From assembly GCA_035698445.1 (NCBI GenBank), contig DASSBS010000048.1:4367-68366 (forward strand): a stretch of 64,000 bases of DNA. Reading direction: 5' to 3'. Numbering within the stretch: position 1 is the first letter of the stretch; each line of letters starts with the position of its first letter. The translations under genes and the position numbers were made by a program. The notes beneath the pieces are model-generated. The model was not told the origin of the DNA, did not search any database, and saw only the letters and a list, made by a program, of their open reading frames with translations. Origin of the DNA: Woeseiaceae bacterium (GTDB lineage: Bacteria; Pseudomonadota; Gammaproteobacteria; Steroidobacterales; Woeseiaceae). Shown here one piece after another: positions 54,286 through 64,000 of the stretch.

Positions 54286-56468
54286 GCGGCGTCTTCCTCA
54301 CCGGGCTCCCGTGCCGGGTCGCGCATGAGCTGCAGGGGCAGCGAGCGCCGCACCAGGGCATCCACCCGGTACATGGGCACGTCCAGGGGACACGGAAAAT
54401 GGGGACTGTCCCCATTTTCCGTGTCCCCATGCGGCAGCGGCTTTGTGCCGGTGCAGGCATTGTCGGGCGATACGTCGCCGAGCGCCGCCTTCAGCTCATC
54501 GCGCACGTCCTCGCTGGAGACGTAATCGAAGCCTTCCGCATCCAGCAGGTTGCCGAGCACGCGCAGCACTTTCCACGCCGGGCGCGCCTCGCCGATCAGG
54601 GTCGCCACGCCGCCGAAGCTCTGCCAGCGGCCCTCGCCATTGACGAAGGTGCCGGAGCTTTCGAACGGGGTGCCGATCGGCAGCAGCAGGTCCGCGCAGC
54701 GCTCGAACGCGGGCGTCACGAAGGGCGTCATGGCCGCGACGAGCCTCTGGGCCGCGAGCTTGTCCGTGGCGTCCCCGGCCAGGTCCCGGTCGGGCTCGAT
54801 CCCGAACAGGAGCACGGCGCCAAGTGGGTCGTCCAGCATGCTGCCCGCGTGCCGGCCGGCACGCTCGCGCGGCGCGCCGCCGGCGGCGCGATGCGGCAGC
54901 ACGCCGGCCAGGTGCGCGCCCGCCGCGTTCGCACCTTCGGATACGTAACCGAAGCGCGCGCCGGTCAGTGAGGCAATGGCGGCGGCAAGGGCCCGGATCG
55001 CGGCAAACGCGGGATCGCGCAGCGCAAGCTGGCCGAGCAGGACGAGGCCGCCATCGGCCTCGGCCAGCGACCGCGCGACCCGCTGCTGCGGCTCGCCGGC
55101 CGCAACGCCTTCGCACAATTTCGACACTGCTGGCGGCAGCTTCGTGCCCGAAGCGGCCGCGGCCGCCGCCGCGATCCCTGACAACTGCTCGACCAGGCCC
55201 GCGCCTGCCAGGTAATCGGCGACGGTGAACAGGTATTCGTAGCGTTGCCGGTTGACGAAGGAGATCGCCGCGTGCTGGAGCGCGGCCTTGCGCACCCGGT
55301 GCGCGAGGATCGGCGCCTCGCGCCGGAGATTGGAGCCGACGATGAGAAGCGCCCGCTCCCGCTCGATCCCGGCGATGTCGCAGCCCAGCCACGGGAAGAG
55401 CGGATCGTTGTCCTGGTCGGAGAAGTCCCGCTGCCGCAGCCGGTGATCGATGTTCGCGCTGCCCATCGCCGCCGCCAGCTTCGCCAGCAGGTGCTGTTCC
55501 TCGAGGGTCGCATTGGGCGACGCCAGGATACCGATGTCGCCGCCGGCCGCCTTGAGCTGCGTAGCGAGCCGCTCGAGCGCCTCCTGCCAGTCGATCTCCC
55601 GCCAGGCGCCGTCTTCCTTCACGCGCGGCGTCATCAGGCGGTCGTCGCTGTACATCCCGTAGAAGCTGTAACGGTCGCGGTCGGCCAGCCAGGTCTCATT
55701 GATCAGCTCGTTTTCCCGCGGCACGATGCGCTTGATCTTGCCGCGCAGCAGGTGCACGTACAGGTTCGAGCCCACGCAGTCGTGCGGCGACACGCTCGAA
55801 CGCTGCACCATTTCCCAGGCGCGCGCGCTGTAGCGGTACGGCTTGTTGTTCAGGGCGCCCACGGGGCAGAGATCGATGATGTTCCCGGACAGCTCGTGAT
55901 CGATGCTCTGCTCGATATAGGTGCTGATCTTCATGTTCTCGCCGCGGCCCATCGTGCCGAGCTGCTGGTAACCCTGGACCTCCTCGCCGAAGCGCACGCA
56001 GCGGGTGCAGTGGATGCAGCGGGTCATGTCGGTAGAGATCAGCGGGCCCAGGTCCTGGTCCTTCACGACACGCTTGCGGTCGGTGAAGCGCGAGACGTCG
56101 CGCCCGTAACCCATCGCGAGGTCCTGCAGCTCGCACTCGCCGCCCTGGTCGCAGATCGGGCAGTCGAGCGGATGATTGATGAGCAGGAACTCCATCACCG
56201 CGCGCTGGGCCTCGATCGCCCGCGGCGAGCGCGTGAACACCTTCATGCCCTCGGCCACCGGCGTCGCGCAGGCGGGCAAGGGCTTCGGCGCTTTCTCGAC
56301 TTCGACGAGGCACATGCGGCAGTTCGCCGCCACGGACAGCTTCGGGTGATAGCAGAAGCGCGGGATATAGGCGCCGCCGACGTTGTCGGTGACCTCCATG
56401 ATCATCTGGCCCTTCTTCGCCTTGAACGGCTTGCCGTCGACTTCGAAGTTGATCGTGTCGTCGCTCAT
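54282..56468 (-). CDS. nuoG: NADH-quinone oxidoreductase subunit G (75-kDa Fe-S subunit)
   Basis: This is the C-terminal 728 codons of ORF 54282..57563. The true start is ATG 56468 ([13 protein letters not shown]), overlapping the nuoF stop (ATGA). Motifs [36 protein letters not shown] and [10 protein letters not shown]. Confidence 0.9.
54386..54428. repeat. 43-bp perfect palindrome embedded in frame in the 3' part of nuoG
   Basis: GGGGACACGGAAAATGGGGAC-t-GTCCCCATTTTCCGTGTCCCC, read directly. In nuoG it encodes ...[15 protein letters not shown]... just before the conserved C-terminal [13 protein letters not shown] motif. Confidence 0.85.
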
Positions 56469-57781
56469 GCCGCCCTGGCCCTGTCCTCGACGATGCTGCG
56501 GCCCTGGTTGCGCACCATGTACTCGAACTCGTGGCGGAAATGCTTCACGAAGCTCTGCACCGGCCACGCGGCGGCGTCGCCCAGCGCGCAGATGGTGTGG
56601 CCTTCGATGTGGTCCGCCACGTCGACGAGCTTGTCCAGGTCGGATTCCGTGCCCCGGCCCTGGAGGATGGTCGTGAGCATGCGGTACAGCCAGCCGGTGC
56701 CCTCGCGGCAGGGCGTGCATTGCCCGCAGGACTCCGCCATGTAGAAGCGCGAAATACGGCGCAGCGTCCGCACCATGCAGGTCGTCTCGTCCATCACGAT
56801 GACGGCGCCGGTACCGAAGGACGAGCCCGCCGCCTTCAGCGAGTTGTAGTCCATCGTGCAGTCCATGATGGCCTCGGCGGGCAGGACCGGCACGGAGGAG
56901 CCGCCGGGGATCACGGCTTTCAGCTTCCGGCCCTTCCAGACGCCGCCGCAGATCTCCAGGAGATCCCTGAACGGGATGCCCATCGGCAGCTCGAGATTCT
57001 GCGGTTTTTCGACGTGGCCGGAGACCGAGAATTGTGCCGTGCCGCCCGAGCCTTCCGGCCCGAGGTCCGCAAACCACGCCGCGCCATTGCGCACGATCGA
57101 CGGCACGCTCGCGATGCTCTGCGTGTTGTTGATGGTCGTGGGCTTGCCGTAGAGGCCGTAGTTGGCCGGGAACGGCGGTTTGAAGCGCGGGAAGCCGACC
57201 TTGCCTTCGAGCGATTCGAGCAGTGCGGTTTCCTCGCCGCAGATGTAGGCGCCCGCGCCGACGAACGTCTTGACGTCCACGTCGATGCCGGAGCCCTGGA
57301 TATCGTTTCCGAGCAGCCCGGCCTCGTAGGCTTCCCTGACCGCGGCTTCGAAGCGCGGCACGGGCTCGTCGATGAACTCGCCGCGAATGTAGTTGTAGCC
57401 GACGCTGGCGCCCATCGCATAGCAGGCGATGGCCATGCCCTCGACCAGCGAGTGCGGGTTGTAGCGCAGGATCTCGCGATCGTGGCAGGTGCCGGGCTCG
57501 CTCTCGTCGGAGTTGACGACGAGGTATTTCTGCGCGGCCGGATCCTTCGGCATGAAGCTCCATTTGAGCCCGGTCGGGAAACCGGCGCCGCCGCGGCCGC
57601 GCAGGCCCGAGGCTTTCACCTCCTCGATCACCTGCTCGCGGGTGAGCTCACCCGCGAGGATGCGGCGCCACGCCTGGTAGCCGCCGTGCTGCTCGTAGGT
57701 GGCGAGCGTCCACGGCTCCGGCGAGCCGAAAGTGCTGAAGCACACGAGATTTTGCGGGTACTTGGGTCCAGGTTCCGGCAT
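56465..57781 (-). CDS. nuoF: NADH-quinone oxidoreductase subunit F (51-kDa, FMN/NADH-binding)
   Basis: ORF 56465..57886 trimmed to ATG 57781 (overlaps the nuoE stop, TGATG). Motifs GLRGRGGAGFPTGLKW and ESCGQCTPCREG. Confidence 0.92.
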   Translation of the reverse strand: MPEPGPKYPQNLVCFSTFGSPEPWTLATYEQHGGYQAWRRILAGELTREQVIEEVKASGLRGRGGAGFPTGLKWSFMPKDPAAQKYLVVNSDESEPGTCHDREILRYNPHSLVEGMAIACYAMGASVGYNYIRGEFIDEPVPRFEAAVREAYEAGLLGNDIQGSGIDVDVKTFVGAGAYICGEETALLESLEGKVGFPRFKPPFPANYGLYGKPTTINNTQSIASVPSIVRNGAAWFADLGPEGSGGTAQFSVSGHVEKPQNLELPMGIPFRDLLEICGGVWKGRKLKAVIPGGSSVPVLPAEAIMDCTMDYNSLKAAGSSFGTGAVIVMDETTCMVRTLRRISRFYMAESCGQCTPCREGTGWLYRMLTTILQGRGTESDLDKLVDVADHIEGHTICALGDAAAWPVQSFVKHFRHEFEYMVRNQGRSIVEDRARAA

Positions 57782-58272
57782 CAGTCCAGCGCATCCAGTA
57801 TTTCGTCGACTTTTTCCGGCGTGAGGTTCTCGTGATAGCGATGATTCACCATCATCATGGGCGCGCCGCAACACGCCGCCAGGCACTCTTCTTCCTTCTT
57901 GAGGAAAATGCGCCCATCGGGCGTGCTTTCGCCCAGCCGTACGCCGAGCCGTTCCTCCACGTGCTCGACGATCGCGTCGGCGCCGCGCAGCATACAGGAG
58001 ATATTGGTGCAGATGGCGACGTTGTTGCGGCCGACCGGCACCACCTGGAACATCGAATAGAAATTCGCTGCTTCATAGATCTGCACGGTCGGTAGCTCGA
58101 GGTAGTCGGCCACCCGGTCCATCAGCGCCGGCGTGAGGAAGCCGCCGTTCTCGTGCTGCACCGCATGCAGCGCGCCGATGATGGCCGAGCGCCGCCCCTC
58201 GTCCGGGAAGCGGGCCTTCCAGCGTTCGATCTCGTCGCGCACGTGTTGCGACAGTTCCGGTTCCGCGCTCAC
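57781..58272 (-). CDS. nuoE: NADH-quinone oxidoreductase subunit E (24-kDa, 2Fe-2S)
   Basis: This is the C-terminal part of ORF 57781..58692. The start is GTG 58272, overlapping the nuoD stop (GTGA). Motifs [10 protein letters not shown] and CLAACCGAP. Confidence 0.88.
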   Translation of the reverse strand: MSAEPELSQHVRDEIERWKARFPDEGRRSAIIGALHAVQHENGGFLTPALMDRVADYLELPTVQIYEAANFYSMFQVVPVGRNNVAICTNISCMLRGADAIVEHVEERLGVRLGESTPDGRIFLKKEEECLAACCGAPMMMVNHRYHENLTPEKVDEILDALD

Positions 58273-59522
58273 CGATCGACCTCCCCGAACACGATGTCCT
58301 GCGTGCCGAGCACCGCGACCACGTCCGCGAGCATGTGACCTTCCACCATCTCGGACATGGACGACAGGTGGGCGAAGCCCGGCGCGCGGAATTTGACCCG
58401 GAAGGGTTTGTTCGCGCCGTCGGAAATGATGTACACGCCGAATTCCCCTTTCGGCGCTTCGACGCAGGCGTAGGCCTCGCCTTCCGGCACGGCGTAGCCC
58501 TCCGTGAACAGCTTGAAGTGATGGATCAGCGATTCCATGTCGTCCTTCATCACCACGCGGGATGGCGGCGCGACCTTGTTGTCGTCGGCCATCACCGGGC
58601 CGGGATTGGCGCGCAGCCAGTCGATGCACTGCTTCACGATGCGGTTCGACTGGCGCATTTCCTCGACGCGCACGAGATACCGGTCGTAACAATCGCCCGT
58701 GGCCCCGACCGGAATATCGAAATCCATCCGTTCGTACACTTCATAAGGCTGCTTCTTCCGCAGGTCCCACTCGATGCCCGAACCGCGCAGCATCGGGCCG
58801 GTGAAGCCGAGCTGCAGCGCGCGCTCGGCCGGTATGACGCCAATGTTCACCGTGCGCTGCTTCCAGATACGGTTGTCCGTGAGCAACGCTTCGTATTGCC
58901 TGATCGCCGCCGGGAAACGCTCGGTGAACGCCTCGAGGAAATCGAGCAGCGAGCCCTCGCGGCTCTTGTTCAGCCGGTCGACTTCCTTCTGGGTGCGCCA
59001 TTTCGACGGCTGGTACTTCGGCATGGAATCCGGCAGGTCGCGGTAGACGCCGCCAGGGCGGTAATAAGTCGCGTGCATGCGCGTGCCGGAGACCGCTTCG
59101 TAGCAGTCCATCAGGTCTTCGCGCTCGCGGAAGCAATACAGGAACACCGTCATGGCGCCGATGTCGAGGCCGTGCGCGCCGAGCCACATCAGATGGTTCA
59201 GGATCCGCGTGACCTCGTCGAACATGACGCGGATGTATTGCGCGCGTATCGGCACTTCGACGCCGATCAGCTTTTCGATGGCCCGCACGTAGGCGTGCTC
59301 GTTGCACATCATCGAGACGTAGTCGAGCCGGTCCGTATAGCCGATGGTCTGGTTCCAGGGCTTCGACTCCGCGAGCTTCTCGGTCGCGCGGTGCAGGAGG
59401 CCGACGTGCGGGTCGGCTTTCTGGATGACCTCGCCCTCCATCTCCAGCACCAGCCGCAGCACGCCGTGCGCGGCCGGGTGCTGCGGGCCGAAGTTCATGG
59501 TGAAGCTCTGGATCTCAGCCAT
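58269..59522 (-). CDS. nuoD: NADH-quinone oxidoreductase subunit D (49-kDa)
   Basis: ORF 58269..59522. Motifs [15 protein letters not shown] and ...[12 protein letters not shown]. Confidence 0.93.
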   Translation of the reverse strand: MAEIQSFTMNFGPQHPAAHGVLRLVLEMEGEVIQKADPHVGLLHRATEKLAESKPWNQTIGYTDRLDYVSMMCNEHAYVRAIEKLIGVEVPIRAQYIRVMFDEVTRILNHLMWLGAHGLDIGAMTVFLYCFREREDLMDCYEAVSGTRMHATYYRPGGVYRDLPDSMPKYQPSKWRTQKEVDRLNKSREGSLLDFLEAFTERFPAAIRQYEALLTDNRIWKQRTVNIGVIPAERALQLGFTGPMLRGSGIEWDLRKKQPYEVYERMDFDIPVGATGDCYDRYLVRVEEMRQSNRIVKQCIDWLRANPGPVMADDNKVAPPSRVVMKDDMESLIHHFKLFTEGYAVPEGEAYACVEAPKGEFGVYIISDGANKPFRVKFRAPGFAHLSSMSEMVEGHMLADVVAVLGTQDIVFGEVDR

Positions 59523-60264
59523 CGGAGGATCCCCTGTCCGGCACGCCCGGTTCCCGCTCCTCGAGGCCGGGCCCCCGCTCTGTCAGCAGCGGCCGGTAAC
59601 GGTTGTCATCGCGGATGACCTTCGGCACCAGCGTGCGCGGCTCGATGGAGACCGGCTGGTATTTCACGCGCCCCGCCTCCACGTCGTAGCGCACCTCCAC
59701 GGTGCCGATCAGCGGGAAGTCCTTGCGGAACGGGTGGCCGATGAAACCGTAGTCCGTGAGGATGCGCCGCAGGTCCGGATGGCCGTCGAACAGGATGCCG
59801 TACAGGTCGAAGGCCTCACGCTCGAACCAGTTGGCCGCATTCCACACCGCCACGACCGAGGGGACGACCGGCGGGTTTTCGAGGCCGGTGAAGACCCGAA
59901 GCCTGAGCCGCGCATTGTGTTCGACTGACAGCAGGTGATAGACGGCGGCGAAGCGGCGCGGGTCGAAGGTATCGGACTCGTCGAGGATCACGGCTTCGCG
60001 GACCACGCCCCGGCTGAAGCCGCTTTCGGTAGCGCTCTCCGTCGTCCATTCGTCGAGCCCGTAGGTCAGGTAGTCGACGCCGCAAACGTCGATCAGTTGC
60101 TCGAACGAGAATTCGGGCTCGTCGCGCAGGGTCATCGCGACGTCGATCAGCGCATCCTTTGGCACTTCGAACGTCAGCTCGCCGCAGCGCGACGGCACGC
60201 GCGTGACCTGCTCGCCAAAGCGCGCCTCGATCCGAGCAGCCAGTGCCTCGTAGAAATCAGCCAT
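59515..60264 (-). CDS. nuoC: NADH-quinone oxidoreductase subunit C (30-kDa)
   Basis: ORF 59515..60669 trimmed to ATG 60264 ([13 protein letters not shown]). Motif [29 protein letters not shown]. Confidence 0.88.
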   Translation of the reverse strand: MADFYEALAARIEARFGEQVTRVPSRCGELTFEVPKDALIDVAMTLRDEPEFSFEQLIDVCGVDYLTYGLDEWTTESATESGFSRGVVREAVILDESDTFDPRRFAAVYHLLSVEHNARLRLRVFTGLENPPVVPSVVAVWNAANWFEREAFDLYGILFDGHPDLRRILTDYGFIGHPFRKDFPLIGTVEVRYDVEAGRVKYQPVSIEPRTLVPKVIRDDNRYRPLLTERGPGLEEREPGVPDRGSSDG

Positions 60265-60275
60265 CAGTGGGTCGG

Positions 60276-60806
60276 TTACCGGGCGATCGTGTTCGTACGG
60301 CGAATCTTCTTCTGCAGTTGCAGCAGGCCATACACGAGAGCTTCCGCGGACGGCGGACAACCCGGCACGTACACGTCCACCGGCACGATGCGGTCGCAGC
60401 CGCGGGTCACGGCATAGGAGTAATGATAGTAGCCGCCGCCGTTCGCGCAGGACCCCATCGACACCACCCAGCGGGGCTCCGGCATCTGGTCGTAGACCTT
60501 GCGCAGCGCGGGCGCCATCTTGTTGACCAGGGTTCCGGCCACGATCATGACGTCGGACTGGCGGGGGCTCGGGCGAAAGATAATGCCGAAACGGTCGAGA
60601 TCGTAGCGCGCCGCGCCCGCGTGCATCATCTCGACGGCGCAGCAGGCCAGGCCGAAGGTCATCGGCCACAGCGAGCCGGTGCGCGCCCAGTTGACGACGC
60701 TGTCGACGCTGGAGACGACGAAGCCGCGCTTCTGCAGGCTGATGCCGTCACCGGCGACCGGTTCGGGCAGGTCCTGCTGCTTTTCGGCGGCGTTGCTCAA
60801 TCCCAC
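60276..60806 (-). CDS. nuoB: NADH-quinone oxidoreductase subunit B (20-kDa, N2 cluster)
   Basis: This is the C-terminal part of ORF 60276..61295. The start is GTG 60806 (or TTG 60800) and overlaps the nuoA stop. Motifs [21 protein letters not shown] and VPGCPP. Confidence 0.88.
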   Translation of the reverse strand: MGLSNAAEKQQDLPEPVAGDGISLQKRGFVVSSVDSVVNWARTGSLWPMTFGLACCAVEMMHAGAARYDLDRFGIIFRPSPRQSDVMIVAGTLVNKMAPALRKVYDQMPEPRWVVSMGSCANGGGYYHYSYAVTRGCDRIVPVDVYVPGCPPSAEALVYGLLQLQKKIRRTNTIAR

Positions 60807-61153
60807 TCGAGCGCTCCTTTCTTCCACTCGTAAATGAATCCGATCACGAGGATCGTCAGGAAAATCGCCATTGCGACGAGCCCGAAGCCACCGAACGTAT
60901 CGAGCGACACGGCCCACGGAAACAGGAACGCGATCTCGAGATCGAAAATGATGAAGAGAATCGCGACGAGGTAGTAGCGCACATCGAACTTCATGCGCGA
61001 ATCGTCGAAAGCGTCGAACCCGCACTCGTACGGCGACAGCTTCTCGGGATCCTTTTCCCCGCGCCCGAACAGGAAGCCGAGCGCCAGCAGCACCACGCCA
61101 ACGCCGGCGGCAACGCCGAGAAAAATCAGGATCGGCACGTAATTTTCCAGCAT
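60797..61153 (-). CDS. nuoA: NADH-quinone oxidoreductase subunit A
   Basis: ORF 60797..61153. ND3-like subunit with 3 TM helices (…[10 protein letters not shown]…[14 protein letters not shown]…). Confidence 0.9.
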   Translation of the reverse strand: MLENYVPILIFLGVAAGVGVVLLALGFLFGRGEKDPEKLSPYECGFDAFDDSRMKFDVRYYLVAILFIIFDLEIAFLFPWAVSLDTFGGFGLVAMAIFLTILVIGFIYEWKKGALEWD

Positions 61154-61277
61154 CAGGGCTTGTCCGGCGTGAAACAGGGGAGTCAGCCGGTAATTCTATC
61201 AGCCCCGATGAGGCGTTTGTAAGACCGTACCGCAATGGGCGCACAACACAGAATTGGGATCGAACGGAGATTTCCGC

Positions 61278-61343
61278 TGTAGGAGCCCGTCTCACGGGCG
61301 ATCTGAAATCGACGACTGATCGCCCGTGGGACGGGCTCCTACA
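61278..61343. repeat. REP-like inverted-repeat element, copy C (between tRNA-Leu and the nuoA promoter region)
   Basis: TGTAGGAGCCCGTCTCACGGGCGA -18 nt- TCGCCCGTGGGACGGGCTCCTACA. It begins 6 nt beyond the tRNA-Leu 3' end, so it may also serve as the terminator hairpin of the secG-tRNA transcript. Confidence 0.8.
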
Positions 61344-61348
61344 AGATT

Positions 61349-61433
61349 TGGTGCCGACGGCCGGACTCGAACCGGCACAGCTTTCGCCACTGCCCCCTCA
61401 AGACAGCGTGTCTACCAATTCCACCACGTCGGC
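61349..61433 (-). tRNA. tRNA-Leu (anticodon GAG), class II with long variable arm
   Basis: The minus strand reads GCCGACGTGGTGGAATTGGTAGACACGCTGTCTTGAGGGGGCAGTGGCGAAAGCTGTGCCGGTTCGAGTCCGGCCGTCGGCACCA (85 nt). Acceptor GCCGACG/CGTCGGC, T-loop GGTTCGAGTCC. Confidence 0.88.
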
Positions 61434-61464
61434 AAAATAAAATGCCAGGGCCTGTTGGCGGGCC

Positions 61465-61935
61465 TCAGGGCTGCTCGTCGTCGCCGGGCGGCTCCTCCGC
61501 CGGTTGCTCCGACTGCTGCGCGGGCTCGAGGGCCGGCAGGTCGGCGGCTTCGCCTTCCCCGGCCTGCGGCGGCTCGTCCGTCTCCGGCAAGGCGGGCATC
61601 GACGGCGCCTCGTCGGCTTCCGCCGGTGCTGGCCCGGGCGTTTCTTCGGTCGCCGCGGCCGGCATGCTTTCCAGCAGGCTGTCCGGCCTGTCCGCATCCT
61701 GGCTGCTCAGGTAGGCGAGCGCAAGGCTGCTGACAAAGAACGCGGTGGCGAGGACGGCCGTGGCCCGCGAGAAAAAGTTGGCCGAGCCACGGGCGCCGAA
61801 AACCGTGCCCGAGGCGCCCGAGCCGAAGGCCGCGCCCGCGTCCGCGCCCTTGCCGCGCTGCAACAGCACCAGCACGATGATCAACAACGCAATCAGCGTG
61901 TGGACCATCAGTATCACTGTTTCCATCGTGTCCAT
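61465..61935 (-). CDS. secG: Preprotein translocase subunit SecG with long acidic Pro/Glu/Ala-rich C-terminal extension
   Basis: ORF 61465..61974 trimmed to ATG 61935 (or 61926). Core motif LIIVLVLLQRGKGADAGAAFGSGASGTVFGARGSANF. About 75 low-complexity residues follow. Confidence 0.85.
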   Translation of the reverse strand: MDTMETVILMVHTLIALLIIVLVLLQRGKGADAGAAFGSGASGTVFGARGSANFFSRATAVLATAFFVSSLALAYLSSQDADRPDSLLESMPAAATEETPGPAPAEADEAPSMPALPETDEPPQAGEGEAADLPALEPAQQSEQPAEEPPGDDEQP

Positions 61936-61942
61936 CTGAACC

Positions 61943-62719
61943 TCAACTGCGCGCCATGGCCGCCGCGGCGGCAATGGCGAGAAATTCGTCCGCTTTCAGC
62001 GAAGCACCGCCGATCAGGCCGCCGTCAATGTCCGGCATGGCCATCAGTCCCGCGGCGTTGTCGCCTTTTACGCTGCCGCCATACAGGAGCTGCACTTCTT
62101 CTCCCACGGCCGCGTCCTCTTCGGCAAGCAGCCGTCGGATGTGGCGATGCACGTCCTGGGCCTGCCCGGGCGTCGCCGTGTGGCCCGTGCCGATCGCCCA
62201 GACCGGCTCGTAGGCAATCACCGCGCCGCCCGCGAAGGCTTCGATCCCCAGCCGCTCCAGCACGGCGCCGAGCTGCTCGCCCACCACCGCTTCCGTCCGC
62301 CCGGCAGCCCGCTCTTCGAGCGTTTCGCCGACGCACAGCAGCGGCACGAGCCTGGCCGCCAGCGCCGCCTCGAACTTGGCCGCCACGGTGGCGCTCGTCT
62401 CGCCGAAGAGCGCCCGCCGCTCGGAATGGCCCACGATTGCGTACTCGCAACCGACGTCTCGCAGCATGCTCGCCGCCACCTCGCCGGTATAGGCCCCTGA
62501 CGCGTGCTCGGACAGGTTTTGAGCGCCCAGCGCGATTCCCGTTCCCGCGAGTTTTTCCGCGGTCGCCTCGAGGAACGGAAACGGCGGGCAGACCAGGAGC
62601 TCGACCGCGCCGGCCGCCGAGACCTCCGGCAGCCCGTTGAGGATCCCCTGAAGCAGCGCCGCATTGGCGGCGGTGCCGCCGTTCATCTTCCAGTTTCCGG
62701 CAACGAGATAATCCCGCAT
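61943..62719 (-). CDS. tpiA: Triose-phosphate isomerase
   Basis: ORF 61943..62788 trimmed to ATG 62719. Motifs VAGNWKMNG, IVGHSERR, AYEPVWAIGTG and GGASLK. Confidence 0.92.
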   Translation of the reverse strand: MRDYLVAGNWKMNGGTAANAALLQGILNGLPEVSAAGAVELLVCPPFPFLEATAEKLAGTGIALGAQNLSEHASGAYTGEVAASMLRDVGCEYAIVGHSERRALFGETSATVAAKFEAALAARLVPLLCVGETLEERAAGRTEAVVGEQLGAVLERLGIEAFAGGAVIAYEPVWAIGTGHTATPGQAQDVHRHIRRLLAEEDAAVGEEVQLLYGGSVKGDNAAGLMAMPDIDGGLIGGASLKADEFLAIAAAAAMARS

Positions 62720-62806
62720 CGCCCGCTCACTGCCCGCTCGAAAGGCGCGCAAGGATACCGGGACAACGCCCCCAAGACAATGCGTCACACGGGCCGTTGG
62801 CGTGCG

Positions 62807-64000
62807 TCAGGTGGTGGCGGCGGCGACGACGGCGGCCAGGCGCTCGGCCAGGGTCAGCACCTGGCGCTCGTCCTCGCCTTCGACCATCACCCGGATGACG
62901 GATTCAGTGCCGGAGGGCCGCAGCACGACACGGCCCCTGGCCGCCAGCTCGGTTTCGACCTGGTCGACGGCGTCTCTGATCGCCTCGGACGCGCCGAGGT
63001 CCACCCGCTTCTCGGTGCGCACGTTCAACATCTTCTGTGGGTATTTCGGCATGCCCGCCGCCAGCTCGGCGAGCGGCTTGCCGGTTTTTTTCATCACCGC
63101 CAGCACCTGCAGCGCGCACACGAGGCCGTCGCCGGTGGTGGTCTTGTCCAGGCAGATCAGGTGGCCCGAAGTTTCGCCGCCCAGCGTGCCGCCCTTCTCC
63201 CGCAAGGTTTCCAGCACGTAGCGGTCGCCGACCCGGGCGCGGCAGAACTCGATGCCCTGCTGCTCGAGCGCGTGTTCCAGCCCCAGGTTGCTCATGATCG
63301 TCCCGACCACGGGGCCGTGCAGCCGGCCGGATGCCTGCATGTCGGTGGCGAGAATGTAGAGAAGCTGGTCGCCGTCGACGATGCTGCCGTGCTCGTCGAC
63401 CATCAACACGCGATCGCCGTCGCCGTCCAGCGCGATGCCGACGTGCGCCTTGAGGGCGGGCACTGTCTGCCGCAGCAGGCCGGGCTCCGTCGAGCCGCAG
63501 CCGGCGTTGATGTTGCGCCCGCTCGGCGAGCAGCCGATCGGGATGACCTCGGCGCCGAGCACGCTCAGCGTCCGCGGCCCCACCTTGTAAGCGGCGCCGT
63601 TGGCGCCGTCGAACACGATCTTGACGTTCTCCAGGCTGTAACCCTGCGGAAACGTGGAGGCGCAGAATTCCTGGTAGCGCACGCGCGCCGAATCGATCCG
63701 TTTGGCGCGTCCGAGCTTGTGCGATTCGAGCGTAATCGCCGGCTGGCCGAGGTAATCCTCGATCTCCGCCTCCTGGCTGTCGCTGAGCTTGGCGCCGGCG
63801 CTGTTGAAGAACTTTATGCCGTTGTCCTCGTACAGGTTGTGCGAGGCGCTGATCACGACGCCGATGTTGGCGCCGAATTCCTGGGTCAGATAGGCGATAC
63901 CGGGGGTCGGCAGCGGCCCGAGCAGCAGCACGTCCGTGCCGGCCGCCACGAAGCCCGCTTCGAGCGCGGACTCGAACATGTAACCCGACAGGCGCGTGTC
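62807..64000 (-). CDS. glmM: Phosphoglucosamine mutase (5' end outside the window)
   Basis: ORF 62807..63979 stays open in frame to the window edge (DTRLSGYMFESALEAGF). Phosphoserine loop ISASHNLYEDNGIKFF, Mg site ALDGDGDRV, and GETSGH. Confidence 0.9.
   Translation of the reverse strand, partial: DTRLSGYMFESALEAGFVAAGTDVLLLGPLPTPGIAYLTQEFGANIGVVISASHNLYEDNGIKFFNSAGAKLSDSQEAEIEDYLGQPAITLESHKLGRAKRIDSARVRYQEFCASTFPQGYSLENVKIVFDGANGAAYKVGPRTLSVLGAEVIPIGCSPSGRNINAGCGSTEPGLLRQTVPALKAHVGIALDGDGDRVLMVDEHGSIVDGDQLLYILATDMQASGRLHGPVVGTIMSNLGLEHALEQQGIEFCRARVGDRYVLETLREKGGTLGGETSGHLICLDKTTTGDGLVCALQVLAVMKKTGKPLAELAAGMPKYPQKMLNVRTEKRVDLGASEAIRDAVDQVETELAARGRVVLRPSGTESVIRVMVEGEDERQVLTLAERLAAVVAAATT

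Noticed and set aside
56469-57563. N-terminal 365 residues of the 1093-aa ORF 54282..57563
   Set aside because: This is an out-of-frame read-through across nuoF (Arg/Gly-rich). nuoG begins at ATG 56468 ([13 protein letters not shown]) with the usual ATGA overlap to the nuoF stop.

Overview
High-G+C (judged by eye, not computed) proteobacterial chromosomal segment. No tools or databases were used: product names come from motifs I recognise in the translations, and coordinates from hand counting. RIGHT THIRD (46.6-64 kb, minus strand): an intact housekeeping block, glmM(partial)-tpiA-secG-tRNA-Leu(GAG)-nuoABCDEFGHIJKLMN, followed by a sulfotransferase. This gene order is typical of Xanthomonadales-like gammaproteobacteria (inference). 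Three copies of one REP-like inverted-repeat element interrupt the block, and an unrelated 43-bp perfect palindrome sits in frame inside nuoG. LEFT TWO-THIRDS: accessory signalling and stress genes. (1) Signalling: Crp/Fnr regulators; three histidine kinases, two with RsbRD_N-like sensor domains; a stand-alone CheB-like esterase; an intact 1336-aa CheB-CheR-PAS-HK-REC hybrid and a decayed paralog of it; a REC-PAS regulator. (2) tonB-TPR, and a vapBC toxin-antitoxin pair with an operator palindrome. (3) A heat-shock locus, hsp20-GT4 / hsp20 <-> rpoH, with three sigma-32-type promoter motifs. (4) A short BamA paralog, mgtE and a CPA2 antiporter. (5) An envelope or general-stress cluster: CsbD, a YfaZ-like OMP, DUF4398/OmpA lipoproteins, two secreted EF-hand proteins, two PRC-barrel proteins, an M48 protease and a 5xBON protein. 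(6) A small integrated element: a large serine recombinase abutting initiator tRNA-fMet. Most notable points: (a) two paralogous small helical proteins of no family I recognise, one translationally coupled to a sensor kinase; (b) at least nine disrupted genes, all accessory, while every housekeeping gene is intact; (c) the REP family and the in-frame nuoG palindrome. I found no CRISPR array, rRNA or clear defence system.
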